In this document: piece by piece, positions 1-8,328 of the stretch
Numbering within the stretch: position 1 is the first letter of the stretch
Layout of the letters: every line of letters starts with the position of its first letter
Source of the DNA: a bacterium
GTDB lineage: Bacteria; UBP7; UBA6624
Assembly (NCBI GenBank): GCA_002716355.1
Contig: PBAU01000010.1
Span: 1-32,000, forward strand
Length of the DNA stretch: 32,000 nt
Direction: 5' to 3'
Program-made: the position numbers and the translations under genes
The notes under the pieces: generated by a model
What the model was told of the DNA's origin: nothing
Databases searched by the model: none
Seen by the model: the letters and a program-made list of their open reading frames with translations, nothing else

Positions 1-107
1 AAGGACACAATAGCCACAGCAACCATGAAGGACACAATAGCCACAGCAACCATGAAGGACACAATAGCCACAGCAACCATGAAGGACATCATGACCATCA
101 ACATGGT
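1..107 (+). repeat. Perfect 27-nt tandem repeat (aaggacacaatagccacagcaaccatg) x3 plus one diverged copy
   Basis: Units 1-27, 28-54 and 55-81 are identical. 82-107 is a diverged copy. The period is a multiple of 3. Frame 3 reads (GHNSHSNHE)3-GHHDHQHG. Frame 1 reads (KDTIATATM)3-KDIMTINMV-stop. Frame 2 has stops. Confidence 0.95.
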
Positions 108-111
108 ATGA
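1..111 (+). CDS. Possible 3' end of an upstream gene (frame 1) ending in TGA at 109-111; alternative reading of the repeat
   Basis: Frame 1 is open from the window edge and stops at 109-111. That gives an ATGA overlap with the ATG at 108, the junction style used throughout this window. This reading competes with the frame-3 one, in which the 108..1064 ORF extends upstream. Confidence 0.3.
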   Translation, partial: KDTIATATMKDTIATATMKDTIATATMKDIMTINMV

Positions 112-1064
112 AAGAAAAAATAATATTTGACCATGGAGTAGACCCTTTAGAGGTTTATCTTGCCTTGATAATTGATGGTGACAAAATCAAAAAAGGAGAT
201 ATTGTTCCTCGTGACAGCAACCATATGCATTTTGGAAAAGAAGTTGAAACAACAATATTAAACCTTGATCCTGGAAGCCATACTTTAACGCTACAAGCAA
301 TCAATTCAAATCGTGAATCTCTTGGTCCTGAATTCTCATCACAAATAGAAATAGAAATCCTTGGTGAAACTGAAGAAAAAACAGTAGAAATAAAGCCAGT
401 TTCCTCTTATTCGATAAGAACAGCACTTTATGAGTCATGGGTCAAAAAAAATAGAGAGAAAACAGAAAAAGATTCAGAAGGCAAGCTTGGATATGTACAT
501 ATTCAAGGAATGAGCCAACCAAGTCTTGAAAGATTTGAAGCCGAGCTTTATTCAGTTGGGCATGACAAGGAAGCTTTAGTTATTGATGTTAGAGACAACG
601 GTGGTGGCTGGACAACAGATATGCTTCTTCAAATATTAATGGTTGAAAGGCATGCATACACCATTCCTAGAGGAGCAAAAGATGGAGAATTCGGATATCC
701 TCAAAACAGATTATCAATGTATTCTTGGACAAAGCCAATAATAGTGTTATGCAACCAAAACTCCTATAGTAATGCTGAGATATTCTCACATGCAATCAAA
801 ACACTAAAAAGAGGAAAGCTTGTTGGCGTTCCTACTAGAGGAGCAGTAATATCAACAGGTTCAAAAGGTCTTATAGACGGATCTTCAATGCGGTATCCAT
901 TTAGGGGCTGGTTTGTTGCTGATGGAGAGAAGCTTGGTCCAAATCAAGAGAATGGACCTGCGATACCTGATATCATTGTTGAAATCACACCAGAAGACGA
1001 AATAAGCGGAAACGACCCTCAGCTCAATGCAGCAATCAAGTCACTACTTAAGGATTTAAGGTGA
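108..1064 (+). CDS. S41-family (tricorn-core-like) serine peptidase domain protein with an N-terminal DUF4399-like segment; may be 5'-partial
   Basis: S41 motifs: VIDVRDNGGGW, and NQNSYSNAEIFSHAIK, which parallels SASASEIFAGAIQ in the Ctp at 8325..9590. The N-terminal LALIIDGD...HMHFGKEVETTILNLDPGSHTLTLQ resembles the DUF4399 pattern. The same frame has no stop back to nt 3. There is no signal peptide if translation starts at 108. Confidence 0.75.
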   Translation: MKEKIIFDHGVDPLEVYLALIIDGDKIKKGDIVPRDSNHMHFGKEVETTILNLDPGSHTLTLQAINSNRESLGPEFSSQIEIEILGETEEKTVEIKPVSSYSIRTALYESWVKKNREKTEKDSEGKLGYVHIQGMSQPSLERFEAELYSVGHDKEALVIDVRDNGGGWTTDMLLQILMVERHAYTIPRGAKDGEFGYPQNRLSMYSWTKPIIVLCNQNSYSNAEIFSHAIKTLKRGKLVGVPTRGAVISTGSKGLIDGSSMRYPFRGWFVADGEKLGPNQENGPAIPDIIVEITPEDEISGNDPQLNAAIKSLLKDLR

Positions 1065-1115
1065 AGCTTTTTGGACTTGGTATAACTTATTTGTGTTTGG
1101 GTCTTGCAACCAAAA

Positions 1116-2225
1116 ATGCCTCCAACGATGCCTAAGCCAAAAATATCACAACCCTACACCTTTCTGAAAGCAAGCAAGAAGATACAGAATCGTACTGTTC
1201 TGGCTGCCATGACAAACAAACAGAGTCATGATGATGGAATTATTTCTGATGATGAAATAAATTGGCTTTTAGAAAGGGCAAAAGGTGGTTTTGGAGTCAT
1301 AACAACAGCGGCAACTAATGTTTCAAAAGAGGGAAAGGCATGGGATGGAGAATTTGGTGTTTATGATGATTCCCATATACCAAGCTTAACAAAATTAACT
1401 TCAGCCATACATCAAACCAAAAGTCTTATTATTGCTCAGTTGTTTCATGGAGGAACAAAATCCGCTCAAAAAATAACGGGGTTTATTCCTGTGTCTGCAA
1501 GTGAATTGAATTGCGCAGAATCATTCACAGGCAAATCGAAGAAAGCTTCAGAGAAAGATATCAAAAAAATAATCAATGATTTCACAACCAGTGCAATCAG
1601 GTGTCATCAAGCAGGTTTTGATGGAATTGAACTACACGGTGCACATGGATACCTAATCTCTCAATTCTTAGGAAAAAAAACAAATTTAAGAAAGGATAGC
1701 TGGGGAGGAAGTTTAGAGAAAAGATCTAAATTGCTTATTGAAATATTCAAATCCATAAGAAAAAATGTTCCAGAGTCATTTATTGTTGGCGTTCGTATTT
1801 CACCTGAAATAAAAAGCTTGGGAGTTGAATTGAATGATTCAATAAACCTTATTGGCATTTTAAGAAAATTACCAATTGACTTCATTCACTTGTCATGCTG
1901 GGATGTTTTTTCCAAATCAAATTCAATCGCAAACAGCCAAAAGACATTAACCGAATTAATCACAGATAGCTATGAAAGTTTACCAACAATCATAAGCACC
2001 GGTAATGTTTGGTCAAGCCTCGATGCTCATAATTTGTTGAAGCAAGGTGCTGACTTGGTTGGTGTCGGCAGGGTAGCAATAGGCCATCCAAATTGGGCAC
2101 ACAATGTCTCTGATCTAAAATATTCACCCAAGAAACCTCCATTCAGCATTCATGAATTAAAAAAAGCAAAATTAAACAAAACATTCATCTCATACATGAA
2201 AAATTGGAATAATTTTGTAAAGTAA
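1116..2225 (+). CDS. NADH:flavin oxidoreductase, Old Yellow Enzyme family
   Basis: NRTVLAAMT, AQLFHGG and HGAHGYLISQFL motifs typical of OYE/NamA TIM-barrel flavoenzymes. The ATG at 1116 is preferred over the in-frame TTG at 1104. Confidence 0.85.
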   Translation: MPPTMPKPKISQPYTFLKASKKIQNRTVLAAMTNKQSHDDGIISDDEINWLLERAKGGFGVITTAATNVSKEGKAWDGEFGVYDDSHIPSLTKLTSAIHQTKSLIIAQLFHGGTKSAQKITGFIPVSASELNCAESFTGKSKKASEKDIKKIINDFTTSAIRCHQAGFDGIELHGAHGYLISQFLGKKTNLRKDSWGGSLEKRSKLLIEIFKSIRKNVPESFIVGVRISPEIKSLGVELNDSINLIGILRKLPIDFIHLSCWDVFSKSNSIANSQKTLTELITDSYESLPTIISTGNVWSSLDAHNLLKQGADLVGVGRVAIGHPNWAHNVSDLKYSPKKPPFSIHELKKAKLNKTFISYMKNWNNFVK

Positions 2226-2233
2226 ATAATTTA

Positions 2234-3076
2234 TTACTGAGGTCTTGAAAGATCAATGTTCTTAAACATTCTGTAACCTAAAAATATAAATAAGGCAGAC
2301 CAGACAATCGACTGCATTGCATAAATTGAAGCAATCTCTATTGCATCCTTGCCGGAAACAATGATTGGGAACCATAAACCTATTGTAGGCAAAGCAGGCC
2401 ATCCACCCTTTAAACCACCAAGAGTAACCAGCTCTGTAAAAACCTCATTCTCAACCTTGATAGGGAGTCTCCAAAACCAACTTATAAGCGGCCAACAACA
2501 AAAAGCTAATGCAATGGCAGCTTTTTGGTTAAACTTTGCGGAAAGGAAATAAAGAGCTGACATAACGACAAACATAAAAGATGAAAGCAAAGTCCAGAAA
2601 ACAGTTGCCAGTTCTTTTGCAGCCGGAAGGCCAATAGGTATTTCAAACTCAGGAAGTTGACGAGTTAAGAAAGCAACATTTTTGATGATTTCATAACCTT
2701 CAGTTCTTACAACACCATACTCAAACAAAAGCCAATATAAACCTGATAGAACTGCCCACCCCGGAACAAAAAGACCAAAAAATCTTCCTAAGCTATACTC
2801 AAGCCTGCTTATTGGGGATGTGATGATTGGGGTAAGTGTTTTTTTTCTTAAATCCTCCCTTAGCAAATCTGCTGCTTGATAAGAAATGACAAGAAAAAGA
2901 AAACCTATACCAGTCCATGTAAATGTAACAACTGTTGCATCTTGGTTCTGAGATAAAAGATAAGTTGAAAGGCCAAACAGAAGAGCACCTATAAAAACCA
3001 TCTTGAGAGCCTTTCTGTTGCCTACAACAGACTGAAAGGTCATTTTTCCAATAGTGAATATATTTTTAAACTTCAT
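2234..3076 (-). CDS. ABC-2 type transporter permease (NosY/GldF-like)
   Basis: Multi-TM protein with REDLRKKTLTPIITSPISRLEYSLGRFFG, matching the ABC-2 permease E..kTLe.l...P.sR motif. The ATG at 3076 overlaps the ATPase stop. The ORF track's longer start at 3100 is a TTG. Confidence 0.7.
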   Translation of the reverse strand: MKFKNIFTIGKMTFQSVVGNRKALKMVFIGALLFGLSTYLLSQNQDATVVTFTWTGIGFLFLVISYQAADLLREDLRKKTLTPIITSPISRLEYSLGRFFGLFVPGWAVLSGLYWLLFEYGVVRTEGYEIIKNVAFLTRQLPEFEIPIGLPAAKELATVFWTLLSSFMFVVMSALYFLSAKFNQKAAIALAFCCWPLISWFWRLPIKVENEVFTELVTLGGLKGGWPALPTIGLWFPIIVSGKDAIEIASIYAMQSIVWSALFIFLGYRMFKNIDLSRPQ

Positions 3077-3959
3077 CTTTTCTATCACTCTTAGAAACAA
3101 CCCAGTCGATCAAATCAGTCTTATTTTCAGAAACCTCTATTATCTTTGATCCTGATTTGATTAAATTCTGAATTTGTGATTCTCTATCCTTCTTATCAAC
3201 AAGAGCAAGCCAGCAACCATTCAACTGTTTGCTGCCTGGAATAACCTCTTTTTTGTTTTCATAAATTATCTTTACCTCATCCTCTATAGATAAATCCTCA
3301 TTGCTCCCCTCGACTTTGAGCTTTCCATTCTCTATAAAAACAAACCTGTCGCAAACGGTTTCAACCATTTCCATATTGTGACTGCATAATAAAAGTGTTT
3401 TTTTCTGCTTTTTAAGATCAAGCAAAATTTCATTAAGAGCTTTTCTGCCAAAAGGGTCCAAACCCCAAGCTGGTTCATCAAAAATGATCAAATCAGGATC
3501 ATGAAATAAACTTCTTACAATTCCTACTCTTCTTAAAAGCCCTTTCGAGAGCTTTCCAGAGAGTCTATCCATATGAGAATTTAAACCTAGCAAGGAGGTC
3601 AAATCTTTTGCAGCAGAAAGAGCTTGTTTTAAATCCATTCCATGCAAGGCCCCTACTTCTTTCAAATAAGAATTGGGGGTCAAGTAGTCTGGACAAAAGA
3701 AAAACTCTGGAAGATATCCGACTTTAGCCTTGCCTTGAATGTCTCCAGGGCTGAATCCAAACAATTTTGATTCGCCTCCTTGTAAGCCAACCAAGCCAAG
3801 CAGGGATCCAATTAATGTGCTTTTTCCTGCACCATTAGGACCAATTAGACCGACAAACTCACCCTGCTTTACGGTTAATGAAAAATCGTCTAATGCTTTT
3901 ATCTTTCCAAAGTGCCTTAAGGCGTTTTTAACAGATATTGGATATGTCTTGTTTGTCAA
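3066..3959 (-). CDS. ABC transporter ATP-binding protein (ABC-2 subfamily)
   Basis: Walker A GPNGAGKST, signature-like LSKGLLRR, Walker B LIIFDEP and H-loop CSHNM, plus a C-terminal extension of about 90 aa. TTG start in a TTGA overlap with the upstream gene. Confidence 0.9.
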   Translation of the reverse strand: MTNKTYPISVKNALRHFGKIKALDDFSLTVKQGEFVGLIGPNGAGKSTLIGSLLGLVGLQGGESKLFGFSPGDIQGKAKVGYLPEFFFCPDYLTPNSYLKEVGALHGMDLKQALSAAKDLTSLLGLNSHMDRLSGKLSKGLLRRVGIVRSLFHDPDLIIFDEPAWGLDPFGRKALNEILLDLKKQKKTLLLCSHNMEMVETVCDRFVFIENGKLKVEGSNEDLSIEDEVKIIYENKKEVIPGSKQLNGCWLALVDKKDRESQIQNLIKSGSKIIEVSENKTDLIDWVVSKSDRKDEV

Positions 3960-5077
3960 TTTAACTCTTCTGAAATGACAAGAGGGAAGTCCAATTTCAT
4001 CTCAACTCCAGCAGGTGACATTTCAGCAGGAAGATAACCTTCAAGATAAAAACCAAGGTTTATCGATCTTGAAACAAGCATGCCTGTTTTTGAATCTATA
4101 ACCATTTCACCCTCGCCTTTCATTGAAAGCGACATATCTAAAAGAGAACAATCATTACCAAGTTCAGCATCAACTCCATTTAATTCGATCTCCATTAAGG
4201 TTTCCATCGCTAAGCATGAATCTTCTAACGAAACATAACTATCTGCATTTATGGCAAAAACAAGGTTTCCATTTCTTACACCTAAAAGCTCTTGTGAGAC
4301 TTTTGCTTCAGGAATAAGGGCCTCAAGAAAATTTTTCATTTCTGAATATTCATCCTCTGTTGGTTTATTTTCAGATACATAATCTTCGTTATAGTAAAAG
4401 TCCATAACATCAAAAATATTTTTACTGCTCCATTCTTTCTTATAGCCTGAATCTATTGAACCTAAAGGTATGTATCCAAAAATCCATGGAACAACATTCC
4501 CCACACCAGATCCCAACATGTCATATCTGCTTTTTTCTATCTGTTCTCTATAATCTTGCCAATAAAGATCCTCTTGTGAAAATTCTTGATTGTCTTCAGC
4601 TATATCGAATGTCAAAATAGCACCCTTGTTATCAATAAGCATTGTGCCCAAATATCCCTGAATTGTATCTAAAGTTGAATCTATCGGATAACCAAACATC
4701 CTTGCCAAAGCAAGAGCATCTACAGGCTCTGTAGTTTGATTATCCTCAAAAGTCATGCTTAAATCAGAATCTTCAAGATGAACCTGAACCTGAAAATCGT
4801 CTTGATCCCTTGACATCTTTGTTCTGAATTTAGCCCAAAAGCTCATATCGACATTTAAATCTTGCTGCTCTTCAATTGGACCGAAACTAACCTCTAGGTT
4901 CCAATTCCATGTTTTTTCAAGATTGTCAACATCTAAAGTTAAATCTAAAGGAAAGATATCCTTTTCAATCATTTTTGATTTTGTATAACTTTTTTGAGCT
5001 GGTGCAGCAATAATGAAATACCCCACCACACAAAGAATCAAAAACAAAAAATTACCCTTGTTATTCTTTTTCATCAC
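3956..5077 (-). CDS. Hypothetical secreted or membrane-anchored, strongly acidic protein
   Basis: N-terminal MMKKNNKGNFLFLILCVVGYFIIAAPA is a signal or anchor sequence. The rest is D/E-rich and I recognise no motif. It overlaps the sdhB end by 17 nt and the ABC ATPase start by 4 nt. Confidence 0.6.
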   Translation of the reverse strand: MMKKNNKGNFLFLILCVVGYFIIAAPAQKSYTKSKMIEKDIFPLDLTLDVDNLEKTWNWNLEVSFGPIEEQQDLNVDMSFWAKFRTKMSRDQDDFQVQVHLEDSDLSMTFEDNQTTEPVDALALARMFGYPIDSTLDTIQGYLGTMLIDNKGAILTFDIAEDNQEFSQEDLYWQDYREQIEKSRYDMLGSGVGNVVPWIFGYIPLGSIDSGYKKEWSSKNIFDVMDFYYNEDYVSENKPTEDEYSEMKNFLEALIPEAKVSQELLGVRNGNLVFAINADSYVSLEDSCLAMETLMEIELNGVDAELGNDCSLLDMSLSMKGEGEMVIDSKTGMLVSRSINLGFYLEGYLPAEMSPAGVEMKLDFPLVISEELN

Positions 5078-5819
5078 CTTTCTCCCAAACTATATTGCTA
5101 AATTTATCCTCATTGTCAATCCCTTGAAGGAGAACTTTCTTAACGGCAGCTATAGCTCCTGTCACATCAATATCTCTAGGACATGCATCCGTACAATTAC
5201 CAATTGTATGACATCTAAAAACACCATCTAATCCACCAACTTTCTCTATTATCTTCTCAGCATCTTCATTCCTGGTGTCTAAAATAAACCTAGCAGCCAT
5301 AACCAAGGCCTGAGGGCCTAAATAATCAGAGTCAGACCATAATGAAGGACAAGAGGTAGTGCAGCATGAACACCAAATACATTTAGTCATATCTTCTATT
5401 TTTTCAAAATCCTCTTGAGACATTAAAAGCTCTCTTTCTCCGGCTTTATGTTCTTTAGCAACAACCCAAGGATTCACAGATTTAACCTTGTCCAAAAGTG
5501 GATCCATGTCTACAATCAAATCTTTTTCTACAGGAACACCTTTTAAAGGTGCTATATTTATAGGTTTTCTACCTGGGACATCACCAACGAAAGTCTGACA
5601 AGCCAAACGGTTCAAGCCATCAATCATCATCCCATCACTTCCACAAACTCCATGAGCACAAGAAGCTCGAAAACCTAATGTGGTGTCAACTTCATCCCTT
5701 ATTTTCAAAAGGATATCCAAGATTTTGTCATCTTCATTAACTTCCAGCGTATATTCATCCACCCATTGATTTGGTTCCCTTTCAGGATTGAATCTCTGTA
5801 TCCTAAAAACCCTTAACAT
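5061..5819 (-). CDS. sdhB: Succinate dehydrogenase / fumarate reductase iron-sulfur subunit
   Basis: 2Fe-2S motif SCAHGVCGSDGMMIDG...LACQ; 4Fe-4S/3Fe-4S motifs CIWCSCCTTSCP and CHTIGNCTDACP. The ATG at 5819 lies 1 nt after the sdhA stop. The longer track ORF to 5888 would overlap sdhA. Confidence 0.93.
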   Translation of the reverse strand: MLRVFRIQRFNPEREPNQWVDEYTLEVNEDDKILDILLKIRDEVDTTLGFRASCAHGVCGSDGMMIDGLNRLACQTFVGDVPGRKPINIAPLKGVPVEKDLIVDMDPLLDKVKSVNPWVVAKEHKAGERELLMSQEDFEKIEDMTKCIWCSCCTTSCPSLWSDSDYLGPQALVMAARFILDTRNEDAEKIIEKVGGLDGVFRCHTIGNCTDACPRDIDVTGAIAAVKKVLLQGIDNEDKFSNIVWEKGDEKE

Positions 5820-5820
5820 T

Positions 5821-7566
5821 TCAATAAACCCTTGCCTTGACCTCAAATTTACCAAGATTGACATTCTTGAATTTAAATGTTGGATCATTTCCTTTTTCTT
5901 GATAGCACAAAGTGTGTTTTAGCCAATCCTGATCATTTCTATCAGGATAATCTTCCCTGCTGTGAGCTCCTCTGCTTTCTTTTCTAAGCATTGCTCCATG
6001 CAATGTTGCTTCGCTAACATCAAGCATACAGGACAATTCAAAAGCAGCCATCATTTCATAATTATAAAAATTAGATTTATCCGAAATTGTAACCTTTTGA
6101 AAATCTTCTCTAAGCTCAGAAAGCAAAGAAGCACATTTTTTCATGCCTTCTTCATTTCTAAAAACAGAACAGTAATCCATCATGATTTCCTGCATTTTTT
6201 CTCTTATTTCGTAAACTTTAGGACCTCTAGTGTTCGATCTTACTTGCTGTAAGAAAGATTCAGAATCATAGCCAGCATCACTCGGCAATTCAGAAAGCTT
6301 GCTTGATTCTGAATAGATAGAAGCATGCTGTCCTGCTCTTTTTCCAAATACAACCAAATCCAAAAGTGAATTTGTACCTAGTCTATTTGCACCATGAACA
6401 GAAACACAGGCACATTCTCCAGAGGCATACAAGCCATGCATAATACTTCCGTCTGGATCAATAATTACTCTTCCATCAACATCAGTTGGTATCCCTCCCA
6501 TTGCATAATGTGTTGTGGGTTTGACTGGAATTGGCTCATCAGCAGGCTCGATATTTAAGTAGGTTCTTGCAAAACCTGTAACATCAGGCAATTTCTCATC
6601 TAAAAGCTTCCTGCCTAAATGAGTCAAATCTAAATGAACAAAATCTTTTGCATCTATTCCTCTTCCAGCTTTTATTTCTTCATAAATAGACCTGCTTACA
6701 ATATCCCTAGGAGCCAAATCTTTAATTGAAGGAGCGTATCTTTCCATAAACCTTTCGCCTCTAGAGTTTACAAGAATACCCCCTTCCCCTCTAGCTCCTT
6801 CAGTTATCAATATTCCTAAAGGATGCAATCCTGTAGGATGGAATTGAACAAATTCCATATCCTGAAGAGGTATTCCCTTTTGATAACATATAGCCATACC
6901 ATCTCCTGTCAAGGAAAGCGCATTACTTGTAACTTTAAAACATCTTCCATAACCACCTGTAGCAAGAATGACTGATTTGCTATGAAACACATGTCTCTCT
7001 CCAGTAGAAAGCTTTACGGCAACAACTCCACAACATGAATTATCTTTTGTTATTATCTCAACTACCTGAAACTCATCAAAAAAATTCGTCTCCCTTCTAA
7101 GAGCTTGCTGATAAAGAGTGTGCAGGATCATATGGCCAGTTCTGTCGGCAGAATGACAAGCCCTTCTCACAGGTGACTCTCCCCAATTTTTGGTATGACC
7201 ACCAAAAGGCCTTTGAGAAATTTTCCCATTACCAAGTCTTGAAAAAGGCAAACCTTTTCTCTCTAAGTCAAAAATAGCGTCAGGAGCATCATTGCACATT
7301 TGTATAATCGCATCCTGGTCACCAAGATAATCACTTCCTTTCACGGTATCGTAAGCATGCCAAAGTGGATTATCCTCTTCTAGATTTCCTAAAGCTGCGG
7401 AGATTCCACCTTGAGCGGCACCTGTATGACTTCTGAATGGAAAAAGTTTTGAAAGAACCGCAACCTTCAAACCTTTGGGTATTGCAGCAACAGCAGACAA
7501 CCCAGCGCCACCAGCGCCTATGACGATTACATCATATTGATGTTTATTCATGACTCCCTGACTCAT
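5821..7566 (-). CDS. sdhA: Succinate dehydrogenase flavoprotein subunit
   Basis: YDVIVIGAGGAGL dinucleotide fold, RSHTGAAQGG covalent-FAD His motif, HPTG, and GECACVSVHGANRLGTNSLLD. An alternative ATG lies at 7551. Confidence 0.95.
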   Translation of the reverse strand: MSQGVMNKHQYDVIVIGAGGAGLSAVAAIPKGLKVAVLSKLFPFRSHTGAAQGGISAALGNLEEDNPLWHAYDTVKGSDYLGDQDAIIQMCNDAPDAIFDLERKGLPFSRLGNGKISQRPFGGHTKNWGESPVRRACHSADRTGHMILHTLYQQALRRETNFFDEFQVVEIITKDNSCCGVVAVKLSTGERHVFHSKSVILATGGYGRCFKVTSNALSLTGDGMAICYQKGIPLQDMEFVQFHPTGLHPLGILITEGARGEGGILVNSRGERFMERYAPSIKDLAPRDIVSRSIYEEIKAGRGIDAKDFVHLDLTHLGRKLLDEKLPDVTGFARTYLNIEPADEPIPVKPTTHYAMGGIPTDVDGRVIIDPDGSIMHGLYASGECACVSVHGANRLGTNSLLDLVVFGKRAGQHASIYSESSKLSELPSDAGYDSESFLQQVRSNTRGPKVYEIREKMQEIMMDYCSVFRNEEGMKKCASLLSELREDFQKVTISDKSNFYNYEMMAAFELSCMLDVSEATLHGAMLRKESRGAHSREDYPDRNDQDWLKHTLCYQEKGNDPTFKFKNVNLGKFEVKARVY

Positions 7567-7963
7567 CTCGCATTTCAGCTACGGGACTTTCATATTTAGC
7601 TACACTGCCTTCTTCTGGTGAAAATGTAACAATAATCCATGAGCCAATAATAATAGTTACAGCTGATATCGCTCTTATGAAAAAAAACCAATAAGCTTTG
7701 TATTTTCTAATTTTCTTGTAATCCAAAAGTATTGATTCAATTCCATTTGCACCATGGATCATGCCAAAAACAAGCATCAATGCATCCATTATTCTCCAAA
7801 AAGGTTTGTTCCATTTTTCAGCAACTGTTTCATACTCTAAATTTTCAACACCAAAAATAAAATGAACATCTATAAAATGGATAAAAATAAGTATTATCAA
7901 AAAAGATCCGGATATCCTCTGAAACCACCATGCAAAAGTTCCTGGCACTTTCTTATAGCTCAT
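7544..7963 (-). CDS. sdhD: Succinate dehydrogenase membrane anchor subunit
   Basis: Three-TM small protein in the sdhC-D-A-B position. WWFQRISG...IHFIDVH...MIHGANG parallels the SdhC motifs. Confidence 0.7.
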   Translation of the reverse strand: MSYKKVPGTFAWWFQRISGSFLIILIFIHFIDVHFIFGVENLEYETVAEKWNKPFWRIMDALMLVFGMIHGANGIESILLDYKKIRKYKAYWFFFIRAISAVTIIIGSWIIVTFSPEEGSVAKYESPVAEMRDESGSHE

Positions 7964-8328
7964 CCGGCAACACCCTCAAATAAAGGTTTTAATAATATGT
8001 AAGTCCCAGGAAGCATCAATAAAATCGTTAAAAAAACAATTATCCAAAATAAAAATTTAGCAAAATGGCTTGTCCTTATTCCTGAAAAATCAATAATAAT
8101 AATTCTCAATCCATTTAAACCATGCCAGAGAATAGCACCCATTAAACCAACTTCAGCAACCCTGAAAAAAGGAGTATTGAACAATTCAACATGATGATTC
8201 CACTCTTCCGGGCCGATTTTCAAATAAATTGCTCCCATTACATGGATGATTAAAAAAATAAAAATTCCAATGCCTGTTAGCCTGTGCAGAAGCCAAGATA
8301 ACATTCCTTCCTTTATCGAATATCTCAT
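7960..8328 (-). CDS. sdhC: Succinate dehydrogenase cytochrome b subunit
   Basis: Three-TM protein. WLLHRLTGIGIF...IIHV...LWHGLNG supplies candidate heme-ligand histidines. It is the first gene of the sdh block. Confidence 0.75.
   Translation of the reverse strand: MRYSIKEGMLSWLLHRLTGIGIFIFLIIHVMGAIYLKIGPEEWNHHVELFNTPFFRVAEVGLMGAILWHGLNGLRIIIIDFSGIRTSHFAKFLFWIIVFLTILLMLPGTYILLKPLFEGVAG

Noticed and set aside
1-107. The 27-nt direct repeats as a CRISPR array
   Set aside because: The copies abut each other with no spacers. The period is a multiple of three and two frames are open. This is a coding tandem repeat, not a CRISPR array.
1661-1885. Antisense or shadow ORFs inside well-supported genes: 1661-1885, 2349-2552, 3739-3978, 4123-4317, 5962-6252, 9828-10034, 10651-10920, 13476-13947, 14097-14861, 16740-16985, 17881-18105, 18361-19125, 21412-21792, 22597-23147, 25738-25947, 26128-27215, 28364-28980, 29967-30442 and 30929-31129
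   Set aside because: Each lies wholly within, or opposite, a gene with clear family motifs. Their translations are low-complexity or hydrophobic junk typical of AT-rich shadow frames, and none has a recognisable motif.
3066-3959. Unusual ABC signature LSKGLLRR as evidence of a degenerate ATPase
   Set aside because: SKG-type signatures occur in ABC-2/NatA-like ATPases, and the Walker A, Walker B and H-loop are intact. This is most likely a normal subfamily variant.
5820-5888. Long N-terminal extension of sdhB overlapping sdhA by 68 nt
   Set aside because: The internal ATG at 5819 gives MLRVFRIQRFNP, a typical SdhB N-terminus, and sits 1 nt after the sdhA stop. The extension has no homology-like features.
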